Part shown: one piece after another, positions 63,536 through 64,000 of the stretch
Layout of the letters: every line of letters starts with the position of its first letter
How positions within the stretch are numbered: position 1 is the first letter of the stretch
Source: Asterias rubens
Taxonomy: Eukaryota
NCBI RefSeq assembly: GCF_902459465.1
Contig: NC_047068.1
Coordinates: 14,322,001 to 14,386,000 of the forward strand
Reading direction: 5' to 3'
DNA length: 64,000 nt
Program-made: the position numbers and the translations under genes
Notes under the pieces: model-generated
Told to the model about the DNA's origin: nothing
The model's input: the letters and a program-made list of their open reading frames with translations, nothing else
Database searches by the model: none

Positions 63536-64000
63536 CTGTGTAAGTTGCATCACCCGGCCGTACTAAGGGCTTGACATCTCCACGCCAGAGATGATCAACA
63601 GGGCTATCAAAGATGTCTTGATCAGCTCTCCGGGCTGTCTCCTCCATCGACAACATCTTCTTGTATTCACTCCAGTTGGTTGGAGCTCTTCCTTTGTTCA
63701 GGTGTGCGTTGTTTCCTTTATCCCCCGCGTTGCATCTGGTCTTTCCCTTAGAGGAGCAATCCTTCAGCATCTCACCGGAGGTGGCGATCATGTTAGCGGA
63801 AGTGTTCAACAGGTTCTGAGATGTCTTCATGAGTTGCTCTGCCTTCTCGTTCTCCGTTGAGCACTGATCATGCCTTCTTGAAGCCCTGGATCTACTCCTT
63901 TCCCATGGGTTCTCATGCTCAATCGGCTTATCTGCAAAGTTGGGAAGCTTGATCGTCTGGAAGTTCCAGCTGGAGTATGGACTTGAGATAGGATCATTGT
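63536..64000 (-). CDS. TSEN54: tRNA-splicing endonuclease subunit Sen54, internal exon (runs off the window end)
   Basis: Open frame from the window edge (NDPISSPYSSWNFQTIKLP...LWRGDVKPLVRPGDATYT). Donor cacag|gttagt at 63535, phase 1. DVKPLVRPG matches the recalled DVKPLLSPG block of TSEN54. Confidence 0.85.

Noticed and set aside
17396-64000. Functional link between the tRNA-Gln copies and the neighbouring TSEN54 gene
   Set aside because: The tRNA-Gln copies are intronless and so not TSEN substrates; the proximity is most likely coincidental.

Overview
AT-rich, repeat-dense animal genomic DNA with spliceosomal introns. The dominant repeat families look like those of a sea star or other echinoderm (inference from recall, not a search). 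One N-gap lies at 39114-39300. Protein-coding content reconstructed by hand: (1) a Cys-rich terminal exon at 2314-2442; (2) a two-exon ~101-aa small membrane protein with Cys clusters (8434-10009); (3) a 325-aa single-coding-exon basic/coiled-coil protein (19709-20686, minus); (4) a 375-aa class A GPCR whose TM1-5 and TM6-7 are separated by a ~15-kb intron (35900-36687 + 51670-52009); (5) the last four coding exons of TSEN54 (minus, 60753-64000, continuing beyond the window). There is one near-intact tRNA-Gln(TTG) plus three damaged copies. The rest is mostly non-autonomous elements: TTAA-flanked Kolobok-type MITEs, 8-bp-TSD Merlin-type MITEs, CWG-flanked Harbinger-type MITEs, TA-flanked CACT-terminated foldbacks, tRNA-derived SINEs and Penelope-type ends with minimal hammerhead-ribozyme-like motifs. 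It also holds four minisatellite arrays, a near-perfect 2.8-kb tandem duplication and a 13.7-kb-spaced dispersed duplication. No prokaryotic system, CRISPR array or intact transposase is supported. Most short ORFs in the supplied track are noise.
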